Part shown: one piece after another, positions 11,268-21,568 of the stretch | Position numbering within the stretch: position 1 is the first letter of the stretch | Layout of the letters: each line of letters starts with the position of its first letter | NCBI GenBank assembly: GCA_022827625.1 | Contig: JAJEIE010000039.1 | Location: 5,033-69,032 of the forward strand | Length of the DNA: 64,000 nucleotides | Origin: Candidatus Poribacteria bacterium | GTDB taxonomy: Bacteria; Poribacteria; WGA-4E; WGA-3G | Direction of reading: 5' to 3' | Translations under genes and position numbers: made by a program | The notes under the pieces: generated by a model | Seen by the model: the letters and a program-made list of their open reading frames with translations, nothing else | Database searches by the model: none | Told to the model about the DNA's origin: nothing

Positions 11268-12257
11268 ATGCCAACATTAAAAATGACAAACGCTGAACCC
11301 ATCATTTCTAATGCGGATGCGAGTCTCATAGACATCGGCGATGGGGTTGCCCGACTTGAACTCCATAGCAAGTTGAACATCATTGAAGATGGAACGCTGG
11401 AGATGTTTGATGCAGCGTTGGCGGAGATCGAAGCCAATTACGCAGGCATGATTGTCGCCACAGAAGCGAAAAACTTTTCGGTCGGTCTCAACCTCATTCT
11501 CCTGCTGGAACGTGCCAAGAACCAGAATTGGGACGCGATTTCGGCGACAGTCCGCAACCTGCAAACTGTGTGTACGAAACTCCGTAGGGCATCAAAACCC
11601 GTTGTGGCGGCGGCAGCAGGCATGGCACTCGGTGGTGGGTGTGAACTTGCGTTCGGCGCAGATGCTGTCCAAGCCTTTACGGAAAGTTACATCGGTCTCG
11701 TTGAACTCCGCGTTGGACTTATCCCCGTTGGCGGTGGCACGAAGGAGATGGCATTTCGCTGTCTGAACGGCATAACGCTGCCCGCACCGATCCAAACGCT
11801 ATTTCCTTATGTCAATAAGGCTTTTGACACGCTCCGAGACTCGAAGGTCTCAGAAGACGCAGCAGACGCAATCGAACTCGGTTATCTTCGAGAGACGGAT
11901 CCTATCTCATCAAGTCAAGAGACGCATTTCAACGATGCCAAGCAACTCGTTCTCTCAATGCACGCAGCAGGCTATCATCCACCTGAACCCCCAGAGGTGT
12001 TTGTACTCGGTGAAGAAGGGATTGCACGGTTTAACCTACAGACGCATCTGCTTCGGCAGGCGGACGTTATTGACGACTATACCCAACACCTTGCGAATCA
12101 ATTGGCTTATGTCCTCTGTGGTGGTAAACTTTCAGTACCACAGTTTGTTACCGAACAGTATATGCTCGACTTGGAACGCGAGGTATTCCTCAGCCTTTGT
12201 GGGGAACAGCAAACACACGCCAGAATAGAGGCAACCCTCCAGAGAAGCAAAAAATGA
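11268..12257 (+). CDS. Enoyl-CoA hydratase/isomerase (crotonase) family protein
   Basis: 329 aa. Crotonase-fold motif VVAAAAGMALGGGCELAFGAD. Its stop overlaps the thiolase start (ATGA), implying a beta-oxidation-like operon. Confidence 0.75.
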   Translation: MPTLKMTNAEPIISNADASLIDIGDGVARLELHSKLNIIEDGTLEMFDAALAEIEANYAGMIVATEAKNFSVGLNLILLLERAKNQNWDAISATVRNLQTVCTKLRRASKPVVAAAAGMALGGGCELAFGADAVQAFTESYIGLVELRVGLIPVGGGTKEMAFRCLNGITLPAPIQTLFPYVNKAFDTLRDSKVSEDAADAIELGYLRETDPISSSQETHFNDAKQLVLSMHAAGYHPPEPPEVFVLGEEGIARFNLQTHLLRQADVIDDYTQHLANQLAYVLCGGKLSVPQFVTEQYMLDLEREVFLSLCGEQQTHARIEATLQRSKK

Positions 12258-13453
12258 AGCAGACAACATCCAACGTAGTCATTGTATCCGCTGTACGCAC
12301 AGCCGTCGGCAAAGCCGGTAGAGGTGCCCTGAAGAACACACGTCCGGACGAACTCGCTGCTGCTGCACTCCGTGGGGCGGTTGAGCAACTTCCACAACTG
12401 GATCTGGAGACAGTGGACGATGTCATCATCGGGTGCGCGACACATGAGGGACCGCAAGGCTACAACCTCGCCCGAATCGCAAGTTTACGCGCCGGGTTTC
12501 CGGTCTCCGTGCCTGCTATTACGATCAACCGATTCTGTGCCTCCGGTTTAGAAACTATCGCGATGGGGGCTGAGCAGATTCTATCTGAGCGTGCTGAGGT
12601 GGTCATCGCTGGCGGCGTAGAGAGTATGAGTCAGGTACCCTTCGGTGTGAACCTTTCGCCGAACCCAGGACTTATAGCATACACCCCCGATGCCTATCTC
12701 AGTATGGGGTTGACCGCTGAAAATTTGGCGCGGAAATATAGTATATCTCGTGACGCACAGGATGCTTATGCATATCAGAGCCACCGCAAGGCAATCAACG
12801 CGATTGATGCGGGTAAATTCCGTGAAGAAATTATTCCGCTCAAGATAGAAGAGACACACTTCAACTCGGAAGATACGCTTGAAACTGTGCGTTCTATTTT
12901 TGATACCGATGAAGGACCGCGTCGAGATACTTCACAAGAAGCGTTGGCATCGCTCAAACCTGTTTTTCATGTAGATGGCACAGTGACGGCTGGCAATGCT
13001 TCGCAGATGAGCGACGCTGCCGCTGCTGTCGTCTTGATGTCCGAGGCGCGCGCGAGCGCAGAAGGTTACGACCCGTTAGCCTATTTCGTTAGCTACGCCA
13101 CAGCCGGCGTTCCACCTGAAATTATGGGGATCGGACCCGTGCCTGCGATCCCAAAGGCACTCACATCCGCAGGACTCGCTCTGGCGGATATAGATATTAT
13201 AGAACTCAACGAGGCGTTTGCTGTGCAAGCCCTGTCTGTAATTCAAGAAGCAGAATTACCGATCGAAAAGGTAAACGTCAACGGTGGCGCAGTTGCGCTT
13301 GGGCATCCACTCGGCTGCACTGGCACGAAACTCACTGTAAGTTTGATCAATGAAATGCGTAGGCAAAATCACCAATACGGCATGGTAACAATGTGTGTCG
13401 GTGGTGGTATGGGTGCCGCTGGTATTTTTAGCCTGGCATCAAACGAGAAATAG
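12254..13453 (+). CDS. Acetyl-CoA C-acyltransferase (thiolase)
   Basis: About 399 aa from the ATG at 12254; the ORF track begins at an upstream in-frame alternative start at 12197. Motifs: active-site NRFCASGLE, C-terminal GHPLGCTG and CVGGGMGAAG. Confidence 0.9.
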   Translation: MKQTTSNVVIVSAVRTAVGKAGRGALKNTRPDELAAAALRGAVEQLPQLDLETVDDVIIGCATHEGPQGYNLARIASLRAGFPVSVPAITINRFCASGLETIAMGAEQILSERAEVVIAGGVESMSQVPFGVNLSPNPGLIAYTPDAYLSMGLTAENLARKYSISRDAQDAYAYQSHRKAINAIDAGKFREEIIPLKIEETHFNSEDTLETVRSIFDTDEGPRRDTSQEALASLKPVFHVDGTVTAGNASQMSDAAAAVVLMSEARASAEGYDPLAYFVSYATAGVPPEIMGIGPVPAIPKALTSAGLALADIDIIELNEAFAVQALSVIQEAELPIEKVNVNGGAVALGHPLGCTGTKLTVSLINEMRRQNHQYGMVTMCVGGGMGAAGIFSLASNEK

Positions 13454-13596
13454 TTAGTTTTCAGTTACAATGGATATTTGGATTATCAGAACCCTCTTTA
13501 ACTGGCAATTGAACTGATCCCCAATCCCAGTCGCGAATTGACCAGAAACCTGCCTGAAACGAAGTGGAAGGCAGCCCAGGAGCAATCAATTAAAAA

Positions 13597-14610
13597 ATGC
13601 AAACGCACGTCTATCTCTCCATAGCAGGCGAAAACAAAATCGCCATTTATACATTCGATGTCTCCGACGGTAGCATTGAATTACAAGAAAATATCAGCGT
13701 CAGCGGCTCTCCGGGACCTTTGGCACTTTCACCGTGTGGCAACTACCTATACGCCGGACTTCGGTCGAGTCGAGAAATTGCAAGTTTCCGCATTGATGAA
13801 GAGACGCGACATCTCTCACACTTGCGGACCGTCCAACTCGATGCCGATACCTGCTATATCGCAACGGACAAAACAGGGAATTTTCTGCTCTCCGCCTATT
13901 ACGGTGCAGGCAAGGTTACCGTCCATGCAATCGGCGACGATAAGACCGTCCAAGGCGAACCGCTTCAGACCGTTGAAACCGACATACACGCCCACTGCAT
14001 TGAGACAGATGCCTCAAACAGGTATGCCTTTGTCCCGCATACTGTCCCTCGAAACGCTATCTATCAATTTCAGTTCGATGAGAATACAGGGACCCTCACG
14101 CAAAACCCTGTTGGAAACCTCAATCCGGGTGCACCGGTTGGACCGCGGCATTTCTGTTTTCATCCGAGCAAACCGATTCTCTACTTCTCAAATGAGCAAG
14201 GCTCCAGCGTCTCCGCCTATGTCCTACAAGAAAAAGAACACCCAGGAATCTTGATGGATTTGCAGGAAGACCTTTCTACGCTCCCCGCAGATTTTGAGGA
14301 GGACAATACGTGTGCCCAAATCCACATTGATCCACAGGGAACGTTTCTCTACGTCTCCAATCGCGGGCATGACAGCATCGCAGGATTCGCAATTGATGCG
14401 GAGAGCGGCAAATTAAGTGCCATCGGACACCAACCGACTGAACCGACCCCGCGCGTTTTCAACATTGACGGAACGGGTAATTTCCTTTTTGTCGGTGGAC
14501 AAGGCTCTGGCAGACTCGCCACCTACCGCATTGACCGAGAAACCGGCAAATTATCGCCACTTGCAAACTACACAGTCGGAGAAAGCCCGATGTGGGTGCT
14601 TTTTCTCTAA
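13597..14610 (+). CDS. Lactonase, 7-bladed beta-propeller family (6-phosphogluconolactonase-like)
   Basis: 337 aa. Repeated blade pattern typical of Pgl/YbhE-type lactonases (…KIAIYTFDVSDGSIEL…, …GKVTVHAI…, …SVSAYVL…, …RLATYRID…). Confidence 0.7.
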   Translation: MQTHVYLSIAGENKIAIYTFDVSDGSIELQENISVSGSPGPLALSPCGNYLYAGLRSSREIASFRIDEETRHLSHLRTVQLDADTCYIATDKTGNFLLSAYYGAGKVTVHAIGDDKTVQGEPLQTVETDIHAHCIETDASNRYAFVPHTVPRNAIYQFQFDENTGTLTQNPVGNLNPGAPVGPRHFCFHPSKPILYFSNEQGSSVSAYVLQEKEHPGILMDLQEDLSTLPADFEEDNTCAQIHIDPQGTFLYVSNRGHDSIAGFAIDAESGKLSAIGHQPTEPTPRVFNIDGTGNFLFVGGQGSGRLATYRIDRETGKLSPLANYTVGESPMWVLFL

Positions 14611-14613
14611 GAT

Positions 14614-14640
14614 GTAGCATAAACTGTTAGTTTGTGCTAC
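14614..14640 (+). terminator. Hairpin GTAGCA-t-AAACT-gtt-AGTTT-g-TGCTAC immediately after the lactonase stop; shares the core AAACTGTTAGTTTG with the longer repeats at 22796 and 63234
   Basis: Stem-loop read directly and followed by a T-rich TTGTTCATAT. It probably acts as an intrinsic terminator or a REP-like element. Confidence 0.45.
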
Positions 14641-15287
14641 TTGTTCATATCGGAGGGATTAAAAATAAAAAAGTGACACAACGCGGAATTTTCATTACAT
14701 TTGAGGGTGTAGAAGGTTCAGGTAAAACGACACAGGCACAACGTCTCGCAACCGCTTTGGGCTCGAATGTGCTACTGACCCGTGAACCCGGTGGTACGCC
14801 TATTGCTGAACGTATTCGCGACCTCTTCCTCACATCTGAAGGCATAACACCGATGACAGAGTTGTTGCTAATCGCTGCCGCACGCACACAACACGTCGAA
14901 GAACAGATACGTCCCGCGTTACAAGCAAAACGGACCGTTATCTGTGATAGGTTTATTGATGCCACTGTGGCTTATCAAGGGTATCGCGGCGGCATCGACC
15001 TTGCGCTTATTCACCAGCTGAATCGCACTGCTACGGGTGGGTTAACACCTGACATCACCTTTATCCTCGACCTACCGCCAGAGGTCGGACTATCACGCCA
15101 ACAGCAAGGTGGAGCACATCGCGACCGTTTGGACAGAGAGTCTTTGGAATTGCATCGTAAGGTTCGCGAGGGATACCTATCCGTCGCGAGGGCAAATTCA
15201 CATCGCGTCAAACTGATAGATGCTGCACAGTCTCCAGATGTTGTCCACGCCGCGGTCTTAGCCGAATATCAAGATTACGCATGGTAA
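14634..15287 (+). CDS. tmk: Thymidylate kinase
   Basis: P-loop FITFEGVEGSGKTTQ and LTREPGG. The first 13 codons of the tracked ORF lie inside the upstream hairpin, so the real start is probably the GTG at 14673 (VTQRGIFITFEG…). Confidence 0.85.
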   Translation: MLLVHIGGIKNKKVTQRGIFITFEGVEGSGKTTQAQRLATALGSNVLLTREPGGTPIAERIRDLFLTSEGITPMTELLLIAAARTQHVEEQIRPALQAKRTVICDRFIDATVAYQGYRGGIDLALIHQLNRTATGGLTPDITFILDLPPEVGLSRQQQGGAHRDRLDRESLELHRKVREGYLSVARANSHRVKLIDAAQSPDVVHAAVLAEYQDYAW

Positions 15288-15303
15288 ACGATGTTAAGGA
15301 AAA

Positions 15304-16260
15304 ATGCAAAATCCAGTTATTGGACATCAACAGATCATTGAACAACTCCAGCGAACCGTGGCATCGGATCGTATCGCCGGGGCATACCTTTTTGTCGGAC
15401 CGACGGGTGTTGGAAAAGAGACGGTCGCTCGGTATTTCGCACAACTCATCTTCTGCCAGCAAGACACTCAGCCCCCTACAGTATGTGGAAGGTGTCTTGC
15501 TTGTCGGAAGGTGGCTTCTGGAAACCATCCAGATCTACAATTTATCCGACCTGAGGGCAGTCTGCTGAGAATAGGGCAGATTCGGGAGCTGCAAAAACAG
15601 ATTGTCTACGAGCCGCTCGAAGCGAGTCGGAAGGTTTACATCTTGACGGACGTGGAACGGATGAATGCGGAGGCGGAGAACTGCTTGCTCAAGACGCTTG
15701 AGGAACCACCTGCCTCTTCTGTTTTGATCCTGTTGACATCGAACATCCAAGTCCTGCTGCCAACGACCCGATCTCGATGCCAAATTCTCCAATTTCATCC
15801 GATGCCGACGCAGGAATTAGCGGCGGTCTTGACGGATACATTTTCAGTCGCACCGGAACAAGCGACAACCCTCGCAATTGCTGCTGGCGGGGCAATTGGG
15901 AAGGCAATCACCCAACTTGAAAAGGGGGGGGCACTTACCGAAGAAGTCCCTGAGATTCTCAAGGAGACGGATTTATTAGCTGCTTTTAGGCTCGCTGAAA
16001 ACTTCAAAGATAGTCCTGAAACTTTGGAGAGTTTGGTTACATGGTATCGCGACCTACTCTTTTTGCAACAAGGTGCGCCGCTCGAATTAATAACACATAT
16101 TCATTCCGTTGAAGAACTCCAGACACTCGTTCCCCGTTATTCGCATCTGCGTATCCAACAAGCCATCCAAACCGTTTTTGACACCAAATCCCTCATCGAA
16201 AACACAAACACAAATGCTACCTTGGCACTGGAGGTGATGTGTTTAAAATTACTGAAGTAG
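15304..16260 (+). CDS. holB: DNA polymerase III delta-prime subunit
   Basis: 318 aa. AAA+ motif FVGPTGVGKET, zinc module CGRCLACRKVASGNHPD, and the arginine-finger region. The tmk-holB order is the usual one. Confidence 0.85.
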   Translation: MQNPVIGHQQIIEQLQRTVASDRIAGAYLFVGPTGVGKETVARYFAQLIFCQQDTQPPTVCGRCLACRKVASGNHPDLQFIRPEGSLLRIGQIRELQKQIVYEPLEASRKVYILTDVERMNAEAENCLLKTLEEPPASSVLILLTSNIQVLLPTTRSRCQILQFHPMPTQELAAVLTDTFSVAPEQATTLAIAAGGAIGKAITQLEKGGALTEEVPEILKETDLLAAFRLAENFKDSPETLESLVTWYRDLLFLQQGAPLELITHIHSVEELQTLVPRYSHLRIQQAIQTVFDTKSLIENTNTNATLALEVMCLKLLK

Positions 16261-16306
16261 ATTATCTTTTTCGGTTTTAAGGGTAACACAATTAAGCAGA
16301 AGCGGT

Positions 16307-16335
16307 TTGACAGACCGATTTTCTTATGCTATAAT
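16307..16335 (+). promoter_or_regulatory. Consensus sigma70 promoter TTGACA-17-TATAAT (TGc extended -10) for metG
   Basis: Perfect -35 and -10 hexamers at optimal spacing, 36 nt upstream of the metG ATG. Confidence 0.6.
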
Positions 16336-16371
16336 TTTACCAAAAACGGGAATTCCCACAGAGGAAGTTTA

Positions 16372-18267
16372 ATGAGCGCATTTTACGTCACAACCCCCAT
16401 CTACTACGCGAATGCCGAACCACACGCCGGACACGCTTATAGCACTATCATCGCCGATGCTTTGGCGCGATATCATCGCCTCAAAGGTGATGATGTTTTC
16501 TTTTTAACCGGTGTTGATGAGCACGGGGCAAAGATACATGAAGCCGCCACAGACGCTGGCATCTCTCCACAAGCCTATTGTGATAGGATAGCACCGACCT
16601 TTACTAAACTTTGGGAGCGTCTTAACATCTCGTACGACATCTTCATGCGCACGACAAGTAATATGCACAAGCGTGGCGCAGAGAAATTCCTCGCTGCCCT
16701 CTATAACAGCGGAGATGTCTACAAAGGCACTTATGAGGGATACTATTGTCGCCCGTGCGAACGGTTTGTGCCTGAAAAGGAACTGACGGACGAGAAAATT
16801 TGTCCAGATCATAAATTGCCCTTGGAATGGCTTGAGGAAGAAAACTATTTCTTTCGACTCTCCAAGTACCAGGACAGGTTACTCGCACATATTCAGGAAA
16901 CGCCTGAATTTATCTACCCGGAAAGTAGACGCAACGAACTCCTGAGGGTGTTAGAAGGTGGATTAGAGGACGTAAGCATATCTCGTGCTTCCGTTTCATG
17001 GGGAATCCCGTTGCCGTTTGATCCCGATCATATCGTCTATGTCTGGATCGAAGCGTTAACGAACTATATGACAGCACTCGATTATGAAAACGAAAGTGAT
17101 CGGTACCATACCTTCTGGCCAGCAGATGTCCACATGATGGCAAAGGAGATTACCCGTTTCCACGCCCTGATTTGGCCCGCAATGCTAATGGCAGTTAACC
17201 TACCGCTTCCGAAACAGATCGTCGCACACGGTTGGCTGACAAAGGACGGTGAGGCACTGAGCAAAACGCGGGGCATCTTCATTGATATGGATACGGACAT
17301 TGAGACATACGGATTGGATGCGTTCCGTTATTATCTCCTACGTGAGTTCAGTTTCGGAAACGATGGCGACTACCGGCCTGCTCGTTTGCACGCCCGCTAT
17401 AATGCCGATCTCGCAAACGATCTCGGTAACCTCCTCAATCGTGTCCTCGGTCTTGTCAACAAAAACTTTGAAGGGGTCCCCACACCAACGATACCGGGTG
17501 AATTCGACGATGAAATCAAAGCGATGGCGCAGGCTACCATTGACCAGTTAGATGCACACATAAAGACGTTCGCCTTTGATGCAGCATTGGAAACCATCTG
17601 GGAGTTTGTCCGGCGCATCAATCGGTATGTCCAGCAGACCCAAGTCTGGACGCTCGCGAAACCTGAAACGAAACCGAGGATGGGGACTATCCTTTACAAC
17701 AGTTTGGAAGCACTCCGGATTATCTCTGTCCTGATTTCGCCTTTCATTCCGGACACCGCTGAGAAAATTCAGAACCAAATCGGTTTGACGGAATTCGATA
17801 CTGCCACAGCGTGGGGAGGTCTATCCGTAGGAATAGAAGTCAGCAGGGGTGAACCTATTTTTCCACGCATTGATACCAAAAAGCAAAAACAGCCGCAACC
17901 GAAACCTGAGGCGAAACCGAAAAAGAAGGCAGAAAAGAAAACGACGCATTTGGTTGCCTTCGCTGATTTCCAGAAACTCGACCTACGGGTTGCGAAGATC
18001 CTCGCTGCTGAACCTATTGAAGGTGCCGACCGGCTCCTCAAATTACAGGTAGACCTCGGCACTGAAAAACGGCAACTCGTTGCTGGTATTGCTGAACATT
18101 ACACCCCAGAAGAACTGGTCGGGAAACAGGTAATCGTTGTTGCAAATTTAGAACCCGCCACGATTCGCAACGTCGAATCACAAGGGATGGTCCTCGCAGG
18201 AAGCGGGGACACCGTAGTCCTTGCGACCCTTGAAAAAGAGATGCCCCTCGGTACGCAAGTAAGATAG
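16372..18267 (+). CDS. metG: Methionyl-tRNA synthetase with C-terminal tRNA-binding (EMAP/Trbp111-like) domain
   Basis: 631 aa. HIGH-type motif PHAGHAY and Zn knuckle CRPCERF…CPDH. A Lys-rich linker (KKQKQPQPKPEAKPKKKAEKK) joins a C-terminal domain with KLDLRVAKI…LKLQVDLG (OB-fold tRNA-binding). Confidence 0.9.
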   Translation: MSAFYVTTPIYYANAEPHAGHAYSTIIADALARYHRLKGDDVFFLTGVDEHGAKIHEAATDAGISPQAYCDRIAPTFTKLWERLNISYDIFMRTTSNMHKRGAEKFLAALYNSGDVYKGTYEGYYCRPCERFVPEKELTDEKICPDHKLPLEWLEEENYFFRLSKYQDRLLAHIQETPEFIYPESRRNELLRVLEGGLEDVSISRASVSWGIPLPFDPDHIVYVWIEALTNYMTALDYENESDRYHTFWPADVHMMAKEITRFHALIWPAMLMAVNLPLPKQIVAHGWLTKDGEALSKTRGIFIDMDTDIETYGLDAFRYYLLREFSFGNDGDYRPARLHARYNADLANDLGNLLNRVLGLVNKNFEGVPTPTIPGEFDDEIKAMAQATIDQLDAHIKTFAFDAALETIWEFVRRINRYVQQTQVWTLAKPETKPRMGTILYNSLEALRIISVLISPFIPDTAEKIQNQIGLTEFDTATAWGGLSVGIEVSRGEPIFPRIDTKKQKQPQPKPEAKPKKKAEKKTTHLVAFADFQKLDLRVAKILAAEPIEGADRLLKLQVDLGTEKRQLVAGIAEHYTPEELVGKQVIVVANLEPATIRNVESQGMVLAGSGDTVVLATLEKEMPLGTQVR

Positions 18268-18308
18268 TAGTCAGAATAGGAAGGGTTTGTAACCCCGATG
18301 CGAAACAA

Positions 18309-21300
18309 ATGCCGGATATAGAAAACATCCTTAAAAACCGAATTGAAAACGATAAGACAAACACTTTTGTTGTTATTGTGCCGACCGATTCCGCACGTTT
18401 GCATCGCCAACGCGAATTGGTTGGTTATCATCCCAACCGAGCGGTTGCCAACCTGCGGGTCTATACACTCGGAAGCTTCATTCAAAGGCTATATAACCAA
18501 GTCCGTCCAGCAAGACTGCACATCTCCCAAGGTGTCCAAAACCTCTGGCTGCATGAAATAGCAAATCCAAGCTCGGACAATGGTAATACTTACAGTTATG
18601 AAGCCTTTCACCCAGATCAGAACTTTTCTGTCCCTGATAGCACGCTGTCCCTCATTATAGATACAATTAACCGTCTCAAGGAGCGTGGTGAAACTGCCCA
18701 GAGCATTGTGGCGGATAATTGCACCAAAACTGATCTCGTTCATATCTATGAAAATTATGAAGCGAGACTTGAGGAGCGTTGGATAGATGAGAAAGGCAAA
18801 CGCTTCTATCTTGCTAATAATTTCGATCCGCAATTCATGAGAGAAGCCTTTCCGCGAGCCGACCTTGTGGTTGTTGAAGGGTTCACTGTTCTTTCCAAAG
18901 CTGACCTTGACATCTTAACCGGCATTGCTGGGATGCCGGATATAAAGATGTGGTTCCGCACCGACTGGCTTGAAGGTAATGAGGACTTATATAAAAATAT
19001 CACCAATCTTGTCTCGCAATTTAGGGACGTAAATGCCGCTATTGATCCCGACTATGAGCGTGATACCGTCCAACACCAACATTTCGCTGAGAATCTCTTT
19101 CGGGCTGGTACTGTGTCCGCAAATCTGAATCACAATTCTGATGATGCCTCTCAGATTACTGTTCTCAAACCTGCTGACCGTTCCGAAGAGATTGAGGAAA
19201 TTGCACGCCGGATCCAAAAATATGTCTCCAAAAAGCATTGTAAACTCAATGACATCTGCGTCGCCTATTACAATATAGGGCTGTACCAGCAACGTATCGC
19301 CGAGATTTTTCCAACCTACGGTATTCCTTATTCGCTTGTAGAAACCGTACCTCTGACAAAATCAGAACTCGTCAAAGCAATCTTTTCTCGCCTTTCGTCA
19401 GACCGGACACCACTCAATGACCCCTATTTTTCTGTGGCGGAACCTGCTTCAGACACGCATCCGTTTCACCCAAGCGAGTTTCAGGTATATGTTGAGGGTT
19501 TGCTTGAAAAGGGCGAGGTTATTCAAAATATCTTAAACCCGATGTTTGGAAAAGACCTTGAAGTCATGGAAGCCGAGATTGAGGCGTATCGCCAATTCCA
19601 TAGCGTTGTTAAAGAGCTCTGTAGCGTTTTGATGTTGGAGGGCGTTAGGTCGGACTCTCTTGGTAATTATATTCAAAAACTTCACTACATTGGAAAGCAT
19701 ACGAATTATAAAAACAGAGCAACTACAAAGGGCGAGACTGTCAGGATCGTTCAACTCGGTGAACTCAGAAGTCAGGAGTTTGATACCGTCTTCTTAGGTG
19801 ATTTTGTAGACGGCAGTTTTCCAGAAAATTACCGTCCAGATCCGCTTCTACCGGAAAATCCGTATCGTACTGAAGAAGAGCAGCTGCATGATAATCGGTT
19901 CATGTTCTATCGGGTACTCAAATCTTTTCAAAAGCGATTATACCTCCTTGTTCCACAACGTGAACGCGAAGCGGAATTGATTCCTTCTCCGTTTCTTGAA
20001 CAATTGAGCGCAGTCGCTGATGTTGAGACGGCTGAAGTCGAGCATCCTGAACGCGGAAGCGTTCCAGGTTTTCTCGGAGACTACGGCAAGCATGTATGGA
20101 CAGCAGATACACCTGTCGCTGACGCGTTTCCCCATGGGTTAGCGCATATGCGCCCCCTAATAAACCACGTCGTTAAGGTCGAAAAGAGCCGCGAGGAGAC
20201 GCACAAACTTTTGGCTTATGAAGGGATCCTAACAGCAGGTTCGCTTTCTACCGAAAGCCGAGAACGTTTGAAAGGACGGCAGCAGTGGACTTATTCGGTT
20301 ACAGATTTGGAAACTTATGCCAAATGTCCGTTTCAGTATTTTGCTGGTAAGATCTTGAATCTTCGTGTTGAAGAAGACGAGGCGGAGGACGAATTATCCA
20401 GTCTTGAAAAAGGTTCACTACTCCACAAAGTCCTTTTCGCGTTCTACAATGATCGTCGGCAGCAAGGAGAACCATCTATTCGACAATGTACAGAGGATGA
20501 ATTTAAAGAAGCGAAACGGCAATTGGATGAAATTTTAGAGATCCTCTCTGAGAAAGAAAGGCATAGTGAAAAACGTGCTGAAACGCCTATCGGCGAGAAT
20601 AATCTTTTTTGGATAACAGACATAGAAAAACAGCGTGTTGCCTTATACAAATGGCTTGAAGCAGAGCGCGCTTATGATTTATCTCTCATACCAAGTTATT
20701 ATGAAGTTAACTTCGGGCAGCCTGGTGAACCTGCAGATTCTCAACTCAGTTATAGCGAACCAATTTCTATCGGTAATGTCCGTATGAAAGGCAAAATTGA
20801 CCGTATTGATATCGATAATAATACCTTCAATGTAGTTGACTATAAAACTGGCGGCTCCACGATTAGAATGGCGGAGATCCTGAGCGGACGGAGTCTTCAG
20901 CTCCCTATTTACCTTCAAATAGCGAGAAAATTGTTAGAAACCCATAGAGGAACTGGATTTGATCCAGCAGCGGGATTGTATCATAAAGTCAGGCTAAACG
21001 AATGCAAAGTTGAACTCGGTATCGGAGAGCAATCTTTGAATGCGTTCGCTTTCAAATACTACAACGGTGAAGAGTGGAAAAAGTTTTCAGCCAGTGGTCA
21101 ATTATTAGACAATGAGATTTTCAATGATAGGCTTTTGCGCGTTAGCGGCTACGTCCAACAGTACGTTGAGAGTATTTCCAACGGCAACTTTCCGCTCATC
21201 ACCGGCGTCAAAACCTTTTCACCGCCCGAGGAAGACGGCGTTGTAGAGACTGATGAATACGGGTTTGTGGATTCTGAGGAACATGGTGATAAGCCCCTCA

Positions 21301-21395
21301 CACCACGCAACAAAACGCAGCCTTGTAGCTATTGCGCCTATAAACGTGTCTGTCGTGTCGGTGCAGTCTCTGAAGATAGTCAGTCAGACGACTAA
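18309..21395 (+). CDS. AddB-like PD-(D/E)XK nuclease (helicase-nuclease subunit B homolog), orphan
   Basis: 1028 aa. The C-terminal nuclease domain has VVDYKTGG (PD-(D/E)XK) and a Cys cluster (…CPFQYF… C-x-Y-C-x-Y-K-R-V-C) as in the AddB/RecB nuclease domain. The N-terminus aligns to AddB after the Walker A position, but no GxGKT P-loop is present. Confidence 0.65.
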   Translation: MPDIENILKNRIENDKTNTFVVIVPTDSARLHRQRELVGYHPNRAVANLRVYTLGSFIQRLYNQVRPARLHISQGVQNLWLHEIANPSSDNGNTYSYEAFHPDQNFSVPDSTLSLIIDTINRLKERGETAQSIVADNCTKTDLVHIYENYEARLEERWIDEKGKRFYLANNFDPQFMREAFPRADLVVVEGFTVLSKADLDILTGIAGMPDIKMWFRTDWLEGNEDLYKNITNLVSQFRDVNAAIDPDYERDTVQHQHFAENLFRAGTVSANLNHNSDDASQITVLKPADRSEEIEEIARRIQKYVSKKHCKLNDICVAYYNIGLYQQRIAEIFPTYGIPYSLVETVPLTKSELVKAIFSRLSSDRTPLNDPYFSVAEPASDTHPFHPSEFQVYVEGLLEKGEVIQNILNPMFGKDLEVMEAEIEAYRQFHSVVKELCSVLMLEGVRSDSLGNYIQKLHYIGKHTNYKNRATTKGETVRIVQLGELRSQEFDTVFLGDFVDGSFPENYRPDPLLPENPYRTEEEQLHDNRFMFYRVLKSFQKRLYLLVPQREREAELIPSPFLEQLSAVADVETAEVEHPERGSVPGFLGDYGKHVWTADTPVADAFPHGLAHMRPLINHVVKVEKSREETHKLLAYEGILTAGSLSTESRERLKGRQQWTYSVTDLETYAKCPFQYFAGKILNLRVEEDEAEDELSSLEKGSLLHKVLFAFYNDRRQQGEPSIRQCTEDEFKEAKRQLDEILEILSEKERHSEKRAETPIGENNLFWITDIEKQRVALYKWLEAERAYDLSLIPSYYEVNFGQPGEPADSQLSYSEPISIGNVRMKGKIDRIDIDNNTFNVVDYKTGGSTIRMAEILSGRSLQLPIYLQIARKLLETHRGTGFDPAAGLYHKVRLNECKVELGIGEQSLNAFAFKYYNGEEWKKFSASGQLLDNEIFNDRLLRVSGYVQQYVESISNGNFPLITGVKTFSPPEEDGVVETDEYGFVDSEEHGDKPLTPRNKTQPCSYCAYKRVCRVGAVSEDSQSDD

Positions 21396-21452
21396 TCTCC
21401 ATCTATTATTTTCCAACCCGTGAAGTTTAAAAGCGCGCCCATCAGAAAAAAC

Positions 21453-21481
21453 TTGCACACTTCCCACAAATCTGTTATACT
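21453..21481 (+). promoter_or_regulatory. Putative promoter TTGCAC-17-TATACT (TGt extended -10) for sodA
   Basis: Read directly. An inverted repeat CTTGCTTGC…TTGCAAG follows in the 5' UTR and is a possible operator. Confidence 0.4.
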
Positions 21482-21568
21482 GTTTCAAATCTGAAGCATC
21501 TTGCTTGCTACTCTTAGCACGCAATTTGCAAGTACATCGTAAAAAAACAAATAGGAGGCTATTTTTAA

